The translations under genes and the position numbers were made by a program. The notes beneath the pieces are model-generated. The model was given only the letters and a program-made list of their open reading frames with translations, was not told where the DNA came from and did no database searches. Shown in pieces: positions 1-8,778 of a stretch of DNA of 64,000 nt. The stretch spans positions 469,532-533,531 of the forward strand of contig CAVZBY010000011.1 of NCBI GenBank assembly GCA_963773685.1, in the 5' to 3' direction. Origin of the DNA: Candidatus Aminicenantes bacterium. GTDB lineage: Bacteria; Acidobacteriota; Aminicenantia; Aminicenantales; Saccharicenantaceae. Each line of letters opens with the position of its first letter. Position 1 is the stretch's first letter.

Positions 1-92
1 CCTTGGGCGCCGTCGACGCCTCGTTCTATGCGTCGGAGGATAAGGACGGGCGATTCGCGCCGCGCCTGCGGTTCGACCTCGAGGAACGGTAG
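1..92 (+). CDS. 3' end of an unidentified CDS entering from the left edge (partial)
   Basis: The frame is open from the window edge to TAG at 90-92 with GC-rich third positions (..GAVDASFYASEDKDGRFAPRLRFDLEER*). Too short for a family call. Confidence 0.3.
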   Translation, partial: LGAVDASFYASEDKDGRFAPRLRFDLEER

Positions 93-123
93 CGGGCGGC
101 CCCAAGCAGCGCCCCGGCCCCCG

Positions 124-1158
124 TCATCGCGAAAAGATGTAAAAAGCCTTCCGCGCCGGCGTTATATTCATGGCCTCGTCGTACTTTCCATGAACGTCCC
201 GCTCGATCTCCGGCTTTCTCCGAAATCCCGCCCTTTCGAACCGGTCGACCCACCATTGGGTTCCCGCGCAGATCATATGGCCGTTCCTGGGGTAGCCGAA
301 GTCGTCCACCGGAACGGACCGGAATCTCCGCCCCGCAGCCGCGTCTTCATCCCAGCTCTCGAGCTCGATGGCGAAGATCTCGCCGAAGATCGGGTCCGCG
401 CCGAAAGCCGGGACGTTGGCGAAGAGATGGCCGCCTTCGCGGACGGCCTCATGGAGCCGGCCGATGTAGGCGTCGAGCCTGTTCGGATTGAGATGCTCGA
501 AGATATCCAGGCCGAAGGCGAGATCGTAGCGGCGGGGAAGCTTCAGGCTCAGCAGGTCGCCGAGAAGGATGGATTCCCGGACCTCCGCCGGCGCCCGGTC
601 CAGGGCCATCCGGCTGATCTCCACGCCTTCCCCTTCGATGCCGAGGTCCCGGAGGCACTTCAGGACGCCGCCGTTCGAACAGCCAAAATCCAGGACGGTT
701 CGGGCCCCGAGGTCCCTGGCGATATCGGCCATCATCCGCTTGTCCTCGTCGATGAGCAAGCTCCAGACGCCCGGGCGCTCATAGTATCCGTTCTCCATGA
801 TCCTGCGCTCGAGCCAGTCGTCATCGGCGGCCTCGCGCGCGCGGAAGACGAGGACCCGGTCCGTGCTTCCCTTCCGGCGCTCGACATGGAAGAGCTCCGG
901 CCGTTCATCCCTGATGGGCAGAGGGTCCAGGTACGCGGCAAGATTGTCCCTGACGGTCTTATGGATGAATTCGGGCAAGCCCGAGAAATCGAGGACGAGG
1001 TCGGCCCGGGACATTCCCTCACGGAGGGAGCGGAGGTGAACGGCGGCGCCCTCGGCGTCGGGCTCCCGCCCCAGCATCCGCCGGTAAACGATTTCGAGAA
1101 ATTCCCGGTCGGACGTCGTGCCGGGCGGCTTTACCCCTCTCCCCCAACGTATTCTCAT
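124..1158 (-). CDS. DUF4214-like N-terminal domain fused to a class I SAM-dependent methyltransferase
   Basis: 344-aa ORF. The N-terminus REFLEIVYRRMLGREPDAEGAAVHLRSL is DUF4214-like. The motif I-like VLDFGCSNGG followed by DLAFGLDIFEHL is typical of a Rossmann-fold methyltransferase. Confidence 0.7.
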   Translation of the reverse strand: MRIRWGRGVKPPGTTSDREFLEIVYRRMLGREPDAEGAAVHLRSLREGMSRADLVLDFSGLPEFIHKTVRDNLAAYLDPLPIRDERPELFHVERRKGSTDRVLVFRAREAADDDWLERRIMENGYYERPGVWSLLIDEDKRMMADIARDLGARTVLDFGCSNGGVLKCLRDLGIEGEGVEISRMALDRAPAEVRESILLGDLLSLKLPRRYDLAFGLDIFEHLNPNRLDAYIGRLHEAVREGGHLFANVPAFGADPIFGEIFAIELESWDEDAAAGRRFRSVPVDDFGYPRNGHMICAGTQWWVDRFERAGFRRKPEIERDVHGKYDEAMNITPARKAFYIFSR

Positions 1159-1422
1159 GGCTATCCTGATTTATTGTCGGTCCGGAAGCCGGTCCTGTCA
1201 ACTCGGGACATCCGCAACTTCAGCGATCGGGCGCGGCCCGGGAACGGTTACAGATAGCCGAGGGCTTTGAGTTCTTCGACGAGATCGTTCCCCATCTCGA
1301 CCTTTGCCGAACCGGGCTTCTTTCTCGGCCTGTACCTCAGCACAAGTGAGGGCCCATCTTATCCGAGGGCCAAAACGATGTCAACGCGCGAGCCAACGGT
1401 CGCGCGGTGCCGGCCACCGGGC

Positions 1423-1884
1423 TCAGAACGTAAGGACCCGCCTCCCCTCCTTGATGTACGCCGTCAGGGGTTTGCCCATGCCCTTGACGTCGACGCCGAG
1501 CTCGCGGAGCTTTCCCGAAACGCCGTAACGGTCCGCGCAGGCGATGCACGCTTCCAGGACGATCCCGGCCGCTTTCATCTTTTCGAGCTCGGCCTGAAGC
1601 GCGGCGTCCTCGCTCAGGAGCTTGGCCGAAGGCCCCCAGATGATGAACGTGACATCATCCCACCACCCGGCGCGCTTGGCATTGAGGGCATACATGAAGA
1701 CCATGTTCATGGCCACGTCCCGGTCCCCGCTCGTCCAGAGGACGACGAGCCTGTCGGCAGGAGCGAGCGCTTCCGGCGCCTCCGTCGCGGACGGAAGTCC
1801 TTCGCCGGGGGCGGAGCCGGACGCGGCAAGCGCGAGGCCGAAGACCAAGCATCCGATGGAAGAAAGCTTCATTATTCGAGTCAT
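1423..1884 (-). CDS. DsrE/DsrF-like family protein with signal peptide
   Basis: 153 aa with a hydrophobic N-terminus (KLSSIGCLVFGLALAASG). The core LVVLWTSGDRDVA..FIIWGPSAKLL..LEACIACADRYGV resembles the DsrE-family fold. The start may instead be the internal MKLSS. Confidence 0.6.
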   Translation of the reverse strand: MTRIMKLSSIGCLVFGLALAASGSAPGEGLPSATEAPEALAPADRLVVLWTSGDRDVAMNMVFMYALNAKRAGWWDDVTFIIWGPSAKLLSEDAALQAELEKMKAAGIVLEACIACADRYGVSGKLRELGVDVKGMGKPLTAYIKEGRRVLTF

Positions 1885-1976
1885 GACATCATCCTCCTCG
1901 TTATCGATCGTATCATAATTCGTCGCTCAAGATGCCGCATTCGATCGCCGGCGGATCGGAAATATTTCCGGGGCAC

Positions 1977-2005
1977 TTGATTTTCCTCCGGAATCCGCCT
2001 ATATT
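1977..2005 (+). promoter_or_regulatory. candidate sigma-70 promoter of hup
   Basis: TTGATT (1977-1982), an exact 17-nt spacer, then TATATT (2000-2005). It sits about 60 nt upstream of the hup ATG, which has a GAGGAG RBS at 2053-2058. Confidence 0.5.
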
Positions 2006-2068
2006 TTATCGACTGACGGGGGCCCGATGGGTATCGCCCGTAAAAATCTCATAGAGGAGTTGTGAAGC

Positions 2069-2350
2069 ATGGCAAAAGCGATGACGAAGAGCGCGATCGT
2101 GGCGGGAGTGGCCGAAGCCGCCGGGATCAACAAGAAGCAGGCGGACGCGGCGATCGAAGCCCTCGTGACGATGGCTTACAAGAACGCCAAGGTCGGATTC
2201 ACCGTTCCCGGCCTCGGCAAGCTCGTCCTGGTGAACCGCAAGGCCCGCATGGGCCGCAACCCGGCCACCGGCGCGACCATCAAGATCGCCGCCAAGCGCG
2301 TCGTGAAGTTCCGCATCGGTAAGGCCGCCAAGGACGCCATCCTCGGCTGA
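2069..2350 (+). CDS. hup: HU-family nucleoid-associated DNA-binding protein
   Basis: 93 aa with canonical HU sequence: MTKSAIV..AAGINKKQADAAIEAL..FTVPGLGKLVLVNRKARMGRNPATGATIKIAAKRVVKFRIGKAAKDA. Confidence 0.9.
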   Translation: MAKAMTKSAIVAGVAEAAGINKKQADAAIEALVTMAYKNAKVGFTVPGLGKLVLVNRKARMGRNPATGATIKIAAKRVVKFRIGKAAKDAILG

Positions 2351-2374
2351 CCGGGATCCGTTCGAAGAACGCAC

Positions 2375-2407
2375 GGGCCGCGGCCTTCGGGTCGCGGCCC
2401 TTTTTTT
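2375..2407 (+). terminator. rho-independent terminator of hup
   Basis: GC-rich hairpin GGGCCGCGGCC-TTCG-GGTCGCGGCCC followed by T7 (2401-2407), 25 nt after the hup stop. Confidence 0.8.
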
Positions 2408-2454
2408 CAGGGTGTCCCGTCAGCGTGGCTGCGTTCTTAAGGTAATGCCCGGTG

Positions 2455-3000
2455 CTATTTTTTCTCTGCTTCCTTCGGCTTGAGCTCCATGCCGAGCTGT
2501 TGCATAAAGCCGAATATGTCGACTTCTTCTCGTTCCTCGACGATCTTTCCATCCTTCATGCGGCACCAGTTGAGCGAGCTGAATTCGACCGTGTTTCCCG
2601 TTGCCGGCATGCCCTGATATGAGGCCGTATTCGTTCCCTTCGCGACCAGCCTGGAAACGACCACATCGCCTGAGGCGACTTGCTCTTCCAGGGTCCAGCG
2701 GGCGTCCGGGAAACCCTCCAAGTTGGCTCTTATCATGGCTATGACTTCGTCGGTTCCCATGGTCTTGGGGTTTGCCGACGGAAAGTGATAGACATAATCG
2801 GGAGCGTTCGCCTCCCTCATGAACTCGACGTTTCCCTTGTTCAATTCATCGATCTCCTGGCGATACAAAGCCATATTCTGCGCTTCGATCCGTGCCTGCG
2901 CCCTGAACTCCTCGAGCTCCGCTTTTTCGGCCTTATTCTGGCAGCCGAACTCAAAGCAGAGCATAAAAACCAAAGGAACCGCCAAAATAGGATTTTTCAT
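2455..3000 (-). CDS. SnoaL-like / ester-cyclase (NTF2-fold) lipoprotein
   Basis: 181 aa with a lipobox-like FEFGC after a signal peptide. The C-terminal part (PDARWTLEEQVASGDVVVSRLVAKGTNT..GNTVEFSSLNWCRMKDGKIVEE) looks like a SnoaL/ester-cyclase domain. Its GC content is visibly lower than the flanking genes. Confidence 0.6.
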   Translation of the reverse strand: MKNPILAVPLVFMLCFEFGCQNKAEKAELEEFRAQARIEAQNMALYRQEIDELNKGNVEFMREANAPDYVYHFPSANPKTMGTDEVIAMIRANLEGFPDARWTLEEQVASGDVVVSRLVAKGTNTASYQGMPATGNTVEFSSLNWCRMKDGKIVEEREEVDIFGFMQQLGMELKPKEAEKK

Positions 3001-3484
3001 TGACCCCTCCTACTTCCCTGTTGCCTGTGGTTCACCTATATCAAAGAGAAAAGGACAAGTCAATTCGCGGAAGGCACGCTTCTCTCCGTGTGCCAACGGT
3101 GTGCTAAATCATACTGAAAAGCACTGACCTCGACGAGCGAGCTTATCAATTGACGAAAAAGACATGGTTTACAATTAGCCCGTCGTCAACCTTCCGTCAA
3201 TATCTTGAGCCGCCCCGTTCTTGCCTCTTGAAAGCGCCTCAGTCTTTTTAGCCGTGTTGGGAAAATAGATCCTCATAAAAGTACCTAATCGATCATCGGC
3301 CCCGATAGATCAATCTTGTCTCCAGCTGTAAATCGATGGCCAGAGAGAACGGCCGAGCAAAGAAATGCTTGGAATCAAACTTTGTCAATAGATTCGCTAA
3401 ATAATTCGGACCCACGATTACCTCAGAAAAATTGCTTGACAACCCCTGATAAAAGGGCAAATACTCAATTGTCATAATCGTAAT

Positions 3485-4063
3485 ATGGGGGACAAAATGA
3501 AAAGGGGAACCATGCTTAAGAGTCATTGTACCGTCGTATTATTCCTTTTTCTGGGCGTTACTAGCTTATTAATGAGCCCGGCTTATTCAGAAGCCCAGGT
3601 TGTTCCTCCTTCAAGTGCTGTTGCTTCTGATGAGGTCGGAGAAATCGTTTTGAAAAGGTTGCCTGTCGATACGATGCATGCGGCTGCAACGGACGGCCCC
3701 TATATGGTCCGAGCGTTAGCCATAGGTTTAGCAAACTTTTTTCCCGAACAAGCTGATTGGGCCATTTTTGATTTTACTTCTGAATATTTATCCGGGCAAA
3801 CTTGGTATTGGTGTTTTGTCGTCGCCAATTATAATAGCATCCCGAAAATCATTAAATTACGATGGGAACTCTGGTACCAGGATGGAGCTGGGAGACTCAC
3901 CAAGTATCTCTCAAAAACTATCCCTGCGAGTACGGTCATGCTTTATTATTACACCGTGACTGGTTATGTGGCTAAAAAAGGATTGTTTACGCTCAACGGA
4001 CAGGTCTACGGTGCACAAATGGGAAATGCTAACTCAGTTTCATCTCAGGTCTATATCTATTGA
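3485..4063 (+). CDS. hypothetical secreted protein (no recognisable family), in the AT-rich islet
   Basis: 192 aa with signal peptide VVLFLFLGVTSLLMSPAYSEA and a Trp/Tyr-rich mature part. It is the only long ORF in this AT-rich stretch. The start could be the internal MKRG at 3497. Confidence 0.5.
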   Translation: MGDKMKRGTMLKSHCTVVLFLFLGVTSLLMSPAYSEAQVVPPSSAVASDEVGEIVLKRLPVDTMHAAATDGPYMVRALAIGLANFFPEQADWAIFDFTSEYLSGQTWYWCFVVANYNSIPKIIKLRWELWYQDGAGRLTKYLSKTIPASTVMLYYYTVTGYVAKKGLFTLNGQVYGAQMGNANSVSSQVYIY

Positions 4064-4145
4064 CTTGCTCAAGGGTAGATCCAACGGCCCATAGCCGAAG
4101 GCTCAAGAGAAAATCTTTCTCTCAGGAATATCAGGCTAAAAGGTA

Positions 4146-4298
4146 ATGCCGGCGCGGACTATTACCAATCATGTCGGCGCTGGCTGGATCATCCTTGACG
4201 TCCTGGCCGGCCGTGTCCCCTTTGTCGTTGATGCCGCAACGGGCGCGTGGTATAGCCTGGACCAAAAGAACCTTGACGCAGTACTCGATAAACAATAG
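4146..4298 (+). CDS. possible 50-codon small ORF or lipoprotein-family fragment
   Basis: Not in the track (<60 aa). It translates MPARTITNHVGAGWIILDVLAGRVPFVVDAATGAWYSLDQKNLDAVLDKQ. The G-W-I-I-L-D..VVDAATGAWY motif recalls small membrane or lipoprotein families, and there is no signal peptide. This is a locally GC-richer patch. Confidence 0.25.
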   Translation: MPARTITNHVGAGWIILDVLAGRVPFVVDAATGAWYSLDQKNLDAVLDKQ

Positions 4299-4460
4299 AA
4301 CAGCCAGCGTGCCTTGCGCCCTTGAAAACGGGAAATTATCTATCCTTGCCTTAAACTTGATAAAGAGGCCCTGTCCTAGAATGCTGACATTGAGACTTGG
4401 CATGAATCCAAGCCGGCGAAATAGAGAATTAGGTCTAAATGCATTTTTTAGAGGGATAAA

Positions 4461-5393
4461 ATGAAGAAGACTATGATTCGTCTATTGATTCTTTTTGTCT
4501 TTTCTTTGGCTTGCATATGGGGTCAAGTCACAACGCCCGCAACTTCAGAAAAAGTATCCGAATTGAAACGAGACCTTGAAAAAACCCGGACGGAAATCCA
4601 AGATGCGATGAAAAGGGACGAAGAATTGGCTGGCGGATTGGTCAAAGCGCTAATTGCGGTTCGGATAGAAATCTTAAAAACAAACGAGGCCTTGCTTGAG
4701 CAAAGAATCAATGCCGTCGAGGGCGGCGCTCCTATAAGAATAGAAACCTTAGGAACCGTGATCAATGAAGAAGAGGCGGCCATTCTTGAAAAAGAGATTC
4801 AGGCAAAGAGGCAGGAGGTCATACTCCAACAAAAAGACGCAGAACAATATTCGGGTGGATTGGTATTAGCAATGAAGCGCTCGACTATCGCTACTAACGA
4901 AAACTCCATTGCATTACTAGAACAGCGGCGACTGATTGCGAAGTATGGTTTGTTCTACAGGCTGCCCAGCCCCAGCGAAGGTAGCAAACCGCCTTCAGGC
5001 ACTACAAAGAAGCAGCCCGACTTGTCGCCGTCCGAAGATATCATTGCCGTAAAAATAATTAGCAAGGAGTTCGTAAAAGCTAATTATCAAGAATATATCC
5101 GGTTCGATATCGAATGGAACCCTATTAATCTCAAGAAACCCGCTAGAAGTGTCAAAGGGATAATACATTTCTGTGATCTTTTCGGGAGCACGAAATTCCT
5201 GGTTAGCTATACTGTCAACAATCCTCTCATACCCGGCCAGGTGCTCATAAGCAAGGGGGGCGCCATTAAATATAATCAATTTGATGAAAAAGAGAATTGG
5301 GTAAGAGGCACAGACCTTGAAGATATGCTCTTTAAGTTCAAAGTTACAGATATCTTATATACGGACGGAGAGAAGGAACGCATTGACCAATAA
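4461..5393 (+). CDS. hypothetical secreted protein: N-terminal coiled-coil-like region plus C-terminal globular domain
   Basis: 310 aa. It has a signal peptide (LLILFVFSLACIWG), then about 170 aa rich in E/K/L/A/I with a heptad-like pattern, a Pro/Ser/Thr linker, and a C-terminal ~120 aa with no motif I can name. Confidence 0.55.
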   Translation: MKKTMIRLLILFVFSLACIWGQVTTPATSEKVSELKRDLEKTRTEIQDAMKRDEELAGGLVKALIAVRIEILKTNEALLEQRINAVEGGAPIRIETLGTVINEEEAAILEKEIQAKRQEVILQQKDAEQYSGGLVLAMKRSTIATNENSIALLEQRRLIAKYGLFYRLPSPSEGSKPPSGTTKKQPDLSPSEDIIAVKIISKEFVKANYQEYIRFDIEWNPINLKKPARSVKGIIHFCDLFGSTKFLVSYTVNNPLIPGQVLISKGGAIKYNQFDEKENWVRGTDLEDMLFKFKVTDILYTDGEKERIDQ

Positions 5394-5478
5394 CTCCGTC
5401 CGAGTTGGGGCTAGGATTATCGAGCTAATCGAGGCGACCCCTTTTACGCAAATCAGCCTATAAGTGAGAATCTTCCTA

Positions 5479-6040
5479 TCACATCTCAGCCCTACTAAGC
5501 GAAGCCTGATCCGCCTTCGGGTGTCCCGCAGGAATGGGGAGGGCGGCTCCGGCTGCCTCCCCCAGCATCATCCTTGATGATCTCTTCCATAAACTCGCCG
5601 GCCTCCACGAGTTCGGGGGGATGCCTTTGCGGCGCCGCTGTTCTTTCCGGACTTTCCTGACTTCATCAATACAGGCATTCGTTACGGCTCGGTTTATATA
5701 GTTCGTAATGGACGGCTTGCCATGATTAGCCCGGAACGCCCCCGCTCTATTACAGCACAAAGGGAAACGAACCGTCTTGGACGATATCCTCAGGAGCCGA
5801 CTTGTCGATCCCAGAGCCCCCGAGTCTTTTACAGACAAGGTTCTGGGTGATGCGCCAGACAGCGGCGCGGGGTTCATAATGTTGGGTTGCGGGCTCTGTT
5901 AATTTATTGCCCAGTTCCGAAAAGCGACGATAAAACTCCCGGAAAATCTTGGGCCCCGTTGCATGATAAGGAGCCGCCGTGGAGAAAATGGCGACTTTGC
6001 AGTGAAAAGACCGATAAAAAGACCATAAAACTGCATTAGC
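5479..6040 (-). pseudogene. decayed ECF/sigma-70-family sigma factor (region 2 only, frameshifted, no start, no region 4)
   Basis: One minus-strand frame reads ..FREFYRRFSEL..SAPEDIVQDGSF..* (region 2.1/2.2-like). The adjacent frame (track ORF 5479-5877) reads ..FRANHGKPSITNYINRAVTNACIDEVRKVRKEQRRR (region 2.3/2.4-like, compare the WLYRIATNxCIDxLRK pattern). There is no usable start codon and no region-4 HTH. Confidence 0.45.
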
Positions 6041-6113
6041 CGAGAAGCGTGTCCGTATGGACAGACCTTAGCGCATCTCTTGTAAATGACTGATTCTATT
6101 GATGGATATGGAA

Positions 6114-6199
6114 TGCCGGAGGAGGGGATCGAACCCACACCCGAGTTGCCCCGGACGGGATTTTGAGTCCCGCGCGTCTGCCAGTTCCGCCACTCCGGC
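6114..6199 (-). tRNA. tRNA-Leu (anticodon CAA), class II with long variable arm, CCA not encoded
   Basis: The reverse complement is GCCGGAGTGGCGGAACTGGCAGACGCGCGGGACTCAAAATCCCGTCCGGGGCAACTCGGGTGTGGGTTCGATCCCCTCCTCCGGCA. The acceptor GCCGGAG/CTCCGGC pairs perfectly. The anticodon loop is CUCAAAA, and there is a TTCGATC T-loop with one U-U mismatch in the T stem. Confidence 0.9.
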
Positions 6200-6294
6200 G
6201 CGCCGGACAGAATATAGACGAATTCCGGGGACTTTTCAATGCTCGGTTTGACCTGCCGGTCCCTTTTTGATTACAATCCCTGCGACAAGGGCCC

Positions 6295-7305
6295 ATGAAC
6301 ACGAACAAAGAGGATCGGGCACGGCTTCTCGGATATCTGGACCGGTTCGAGGGTTTGCGCATCGGCGTCTGGGGCGACCTCATCCTCGACGAGCATCTCT
6401 ACGGGACGACCCGCCGCATCTCCCGCGAGGCCCCGGTCCTCATCCTGACCTACAAAGGCCAGGAATATTCCCTGGGCGGGGCGGGCAACGCCATCCAGAA
6501 CCTCAAGTCCCTGGGGGCGTACCCGGTTCCCGTCGGTGTCGTCGGCCGTGACGCCGAGGGCCGCAGAGTCCTGAGCTTCCTGAGGTCCAAGGGCATCCCC
6601 ACCGATCATGTCATTCAGGCGAAGGGTTACCAGACGCCGCTGAAGACGAGGATCATGGCCGGCGACGAGAACACGCGCAAGCAGCAGATCCTGCGCATCG
6701 ACCGCGAAGACCGGGTCCCCGATTCCGCCGCCATGACGGATCGGATCCGTAAGGCCGTCGGCTCCGCCCTCCGGGATTGTACGGCCCTCCTCGTTTCCGA
6801 TTACAGCTATGGCGCCGTCAAGCCGGTCGTCTACGCGGGAGTCCTGCCCGCGGCCGCCGCCGGCCGCATCCCCGTCGCCGTCGATTCGCGGTTCCGGCTG
6901 ATGGACTTCGCGGGGGCGACGATCGCGACCCCGAACGAGGCCGAGATCGAATCCGCCGTCAATGTCGCCGGCGGCGGGAGCGAGGCGGCCCTGCGCACGG
7001 CAGCGGCCAGGGTCCTGAGGAAGCTCCGGTCTCCTGCCCTGCTCGTGACCCGCGGCTCGCGCGGGATGCTCCTTTTCGAAAAGGGAAAGCCTCCCTTCGC
7101 CATCCCCGTCCGGGGAACGACCGACATCGTCGATGTAACCGGAGCCGGGGACACCGTCATCAGCGTTTTCACGCTCGCCCTGGCAGCCGGCGCCTCGTTC
7201 CGCGATGCCGCCGAGCTCGCCAACTTCGCCGGGGGCGTCGTGGTCATGAAGAAGGGCGCCGCCGCTCTCGGCCCGCGCGAGCTCAGACAGGCGATCCTAT
7301 CTTGA
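6295..7305 (+). CDS. hldA: D-glycero-beta-D-manno-heptose-7-phosphate kinase (RfaE domain I type, PfkB family)
   Basis: 336 aa. It has RIGVWGDLILDEHLYG..ISREAPVLIL, a GGAGN motif, and a C-terminal DVTGAGDT PfkB signature. It is followed by the adenylyltransferase and a GT9 heptosyltransferase. Confidence 0.7.
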   Translation: MNTNKEDRARLLGYLDRFEGLRIGVWGDLILDEHLYGTTRRISREAPVLILTYKGQEYSLGGAGNAIQNLKSLGAYPVPVGVVGRDAEGRRVLSFLRSKGIPTDHVIQAKGYQTPLKTRIMAGDENTRKQQILRIDREDRVPDSAAMTDRIRKAVGSALRDCTALLVSDYSYGAVKPVVYAGVLPAAAAGRIPVAVDSRFRLMDFAGATIATPNEAEIESAVNVAGGGSEAALRTAAARVLRKLRSPALLVTRGSRGMLLFEKGKPPFAIPVRGTTDIVDVTGAGDTVISVFTLALAAGASFRDAAELANFAGGVVVMKKGAAALGPRELRQAILS

Positions 7306-7793
7306 AACCCAGGAAGCTCCGGACACTCGCCGATCTCGGGAGAGTCGCCGCCGCCGAAAAGCGCCGGGGAAAGCGCATCGTCCTGGCCAACGGCTGTTTC
7401 GACCTCCTCCACGTCGGTCACGTCCGGTACCTCCGCGGCGCCGCCGCGAAGGGCGACATCCTCGTCGTGGCCTTGAACAGCGACGCCTCGGTGAGAGCCC
7501 TCAAGGGCCCCGGGCGGCCCCTCATGGCCCAGGCCGAGAGGGCCGAGATCCTCTCGGCGCTCGAAGACGTCGACTATGTCGCCATATTCCCGGAACGCAA
7601 CGTCGAAAAGGTCCTCCGCGCCCTTCGCCCCGACGTCCACGCCAAGGGCTCGGATTATACGATCCGCACGGTCCCGGAACGCGAGACCGTCAAGGCTCTG
7701 GGCGGCGAGGTTGCCATCGCCGGCGGGCCCAAGGTCCGGTCGACGCGGGACATCGTCAAGCTCGTCGCGGGACGGAAGGAGACGTGTGGATAA
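7302..7793 (+). CDS. hldC: D-glycero-beta-D-manno-heptose-1-phosphate adenylyltransferase (RfaE domain II type, cytidylyltransferase fold)
   Basis: A TTG start overlaps the upstream TGA (TTGA). It has a VLANGCFDLLHVGHVRYL nucleotidyltransferase HxGH motif. The longer track ORF beginning at 6777 is an out-of-frame extension over hldA. Confidence 0.7.
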   Translation: MKPRKLRTLADLGRVAAAEKRRGKRIVLANGCFDLLHVGHVRYLRGAAAKGDILVVALNSDASVRALKGPGRPLMAQAERAEILSALEDVDYVAIFPERNVEKVLRALRPDVHAKGSDYTIRTVPERETVKALGGEVAIAGGPKVRSTRDIVKLVAGRKETCG

Positions 7794-8778
7794 CTTCCTC
7801 ATCATCCGGCTGAGCTCGCTCGGGGATATCATCCACGGCCTTCCCGCCTTCGCGGTCCTGCGCCGGGGATTCCCCGAAGCCCGGATCTCCTGGGTCGTCG
7901 ATGAGGCCGGAAGCGAGATCCTGGAGCTCGTGCCCGGCCTCGACGAGGTCATCGTCCGCGGAGAGGACGGATGGTTCCGGAAGCTCCGGCTCAGGGACCG
8001 AACCGCCATCGACGTCCAGGGCCTGTTGAAATCCGCCCTCCTCGGCCGTCTTTCGGGGGCCCGCCGCCGGATCGGGTTCTCGGGGAAGAACCTCAAGGAG
8101 CCCGCGGCCGCGATCTTCTATACCGAAAAGCTCGCCGAATTCGAGGAGACCGGCCACGTGATCGGCAAGAATATCCGCTTGCTCGAAAAGCTTGGCTTAA
8201 AACCGGACGGAACCGGATACGAATTTCCCCTCGTCATCCCCGAAACCCCCAAGTGCCGCATCGCCGGCGCCCTCGAACGGCTCGGCCGGACGCCGGAACA
8301 GAAGGTCATCCTCTGCAATGTCGGGGCGGCGTGGGAAAGCAAACGGTGGCCGGCCGACCGGTGGGCGGAGCTTCTCCCTTCGCTCGTCCGGAAGGACCTC
8401 TTCCCGCTCCTGCTCTGGGGGAACGGCGCCGAGAAGGAGACGGCCCGGGCGATCGCGGATCGAACGGGTGTCCCGGCGGCCCCGTTCTTCACGATCCCCG
8501 AAGTCCTGGCCCTCATCGCGGCCTCCGGACTGCTCATCAGCGGAGATACCTTCGCCCTGCAGGCGGCCGGCGCCCTGGACGTTCCCGTCATCGGCTTGTT
8601 CGGGCCGACCAACCCGAAGCGCAACGGCCCCTTCCGGGAGCGGGACAGGACGGCCCAATCCTCGATGGACTGCCGGCCCTGCTGGAAAAGGGAGTGCCCC
8701 ACGACCGCCTGCATGAGCGCCATCTCCGCCGCGGACGTCTTCGGACTCGTCAGGGAGGTCCTGGGCCCGGATGTCTGA
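7786..8778 (+). CDS. glycosyltransferase family 9 (LPS heptosyltransferase-like)
   Basis: A GTG start at 7786 overlaps the hldC stop. The N-terminus FLIIRLSSLGDIIHGLPAFAVLRRGFPEARISWVV and the C-terminal part ISGDTFALQAAGALDVPVIGLFGPTNP are GT9 hallmarks. Confidence 0.75.
   Translation: MDNFLIIRLSSLGDIIHGLPAFAVLRRGFPEARISWVVDEAGSEILELVPGLDEVIVRGEDGWFRKLRLRDRTAIDVQGLLKSALLGRLSGARRRIGFSGKNLKEPAAAIFYTEKLAEFEETGHVIGKNIRLLEKLGLKPDGTGYEFPLVIPETPKCRIAGALERLGRTPEQKVILCNVGAAWESKRWPADRWAELLPSLVRKDLFPLLLWGNGAEKETARAIADRTGVPAAPFFTIPEVLALIAASGLLISGDTFALQAAGALDVPVIGLFGPTNPKRNGPFRERDRTAQSSMDCRPCWKRECPTTACMSAISAADVFGLVREVLGPDV

Noticed and set aside
1250-1345. A small minus-strand ORF ending ..MGNDLVEELKALGYL*, reminiscent of sulfatase-family C-termini.
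   Set aside because: It spans only about 31-37 codons bounded by an upstream stop, and the resemblance rests on a 6-residue tail. I cannot distinguish a gene remnant from chance.
2439-6121. Possible att-site direct repeats for the islet. aaggtaatgcc occurs at 2439 and 4140, and aatgccgg occurs at 4144 and at the tRNA-Leu 3' end (6112-6119).
   Set aside because: The matches are only 8-11 nt. Only 6 nt fall inside the tRNA, and repeats of this length are expected by chance many times in 64 kb. No integrase is present to give them meaning.
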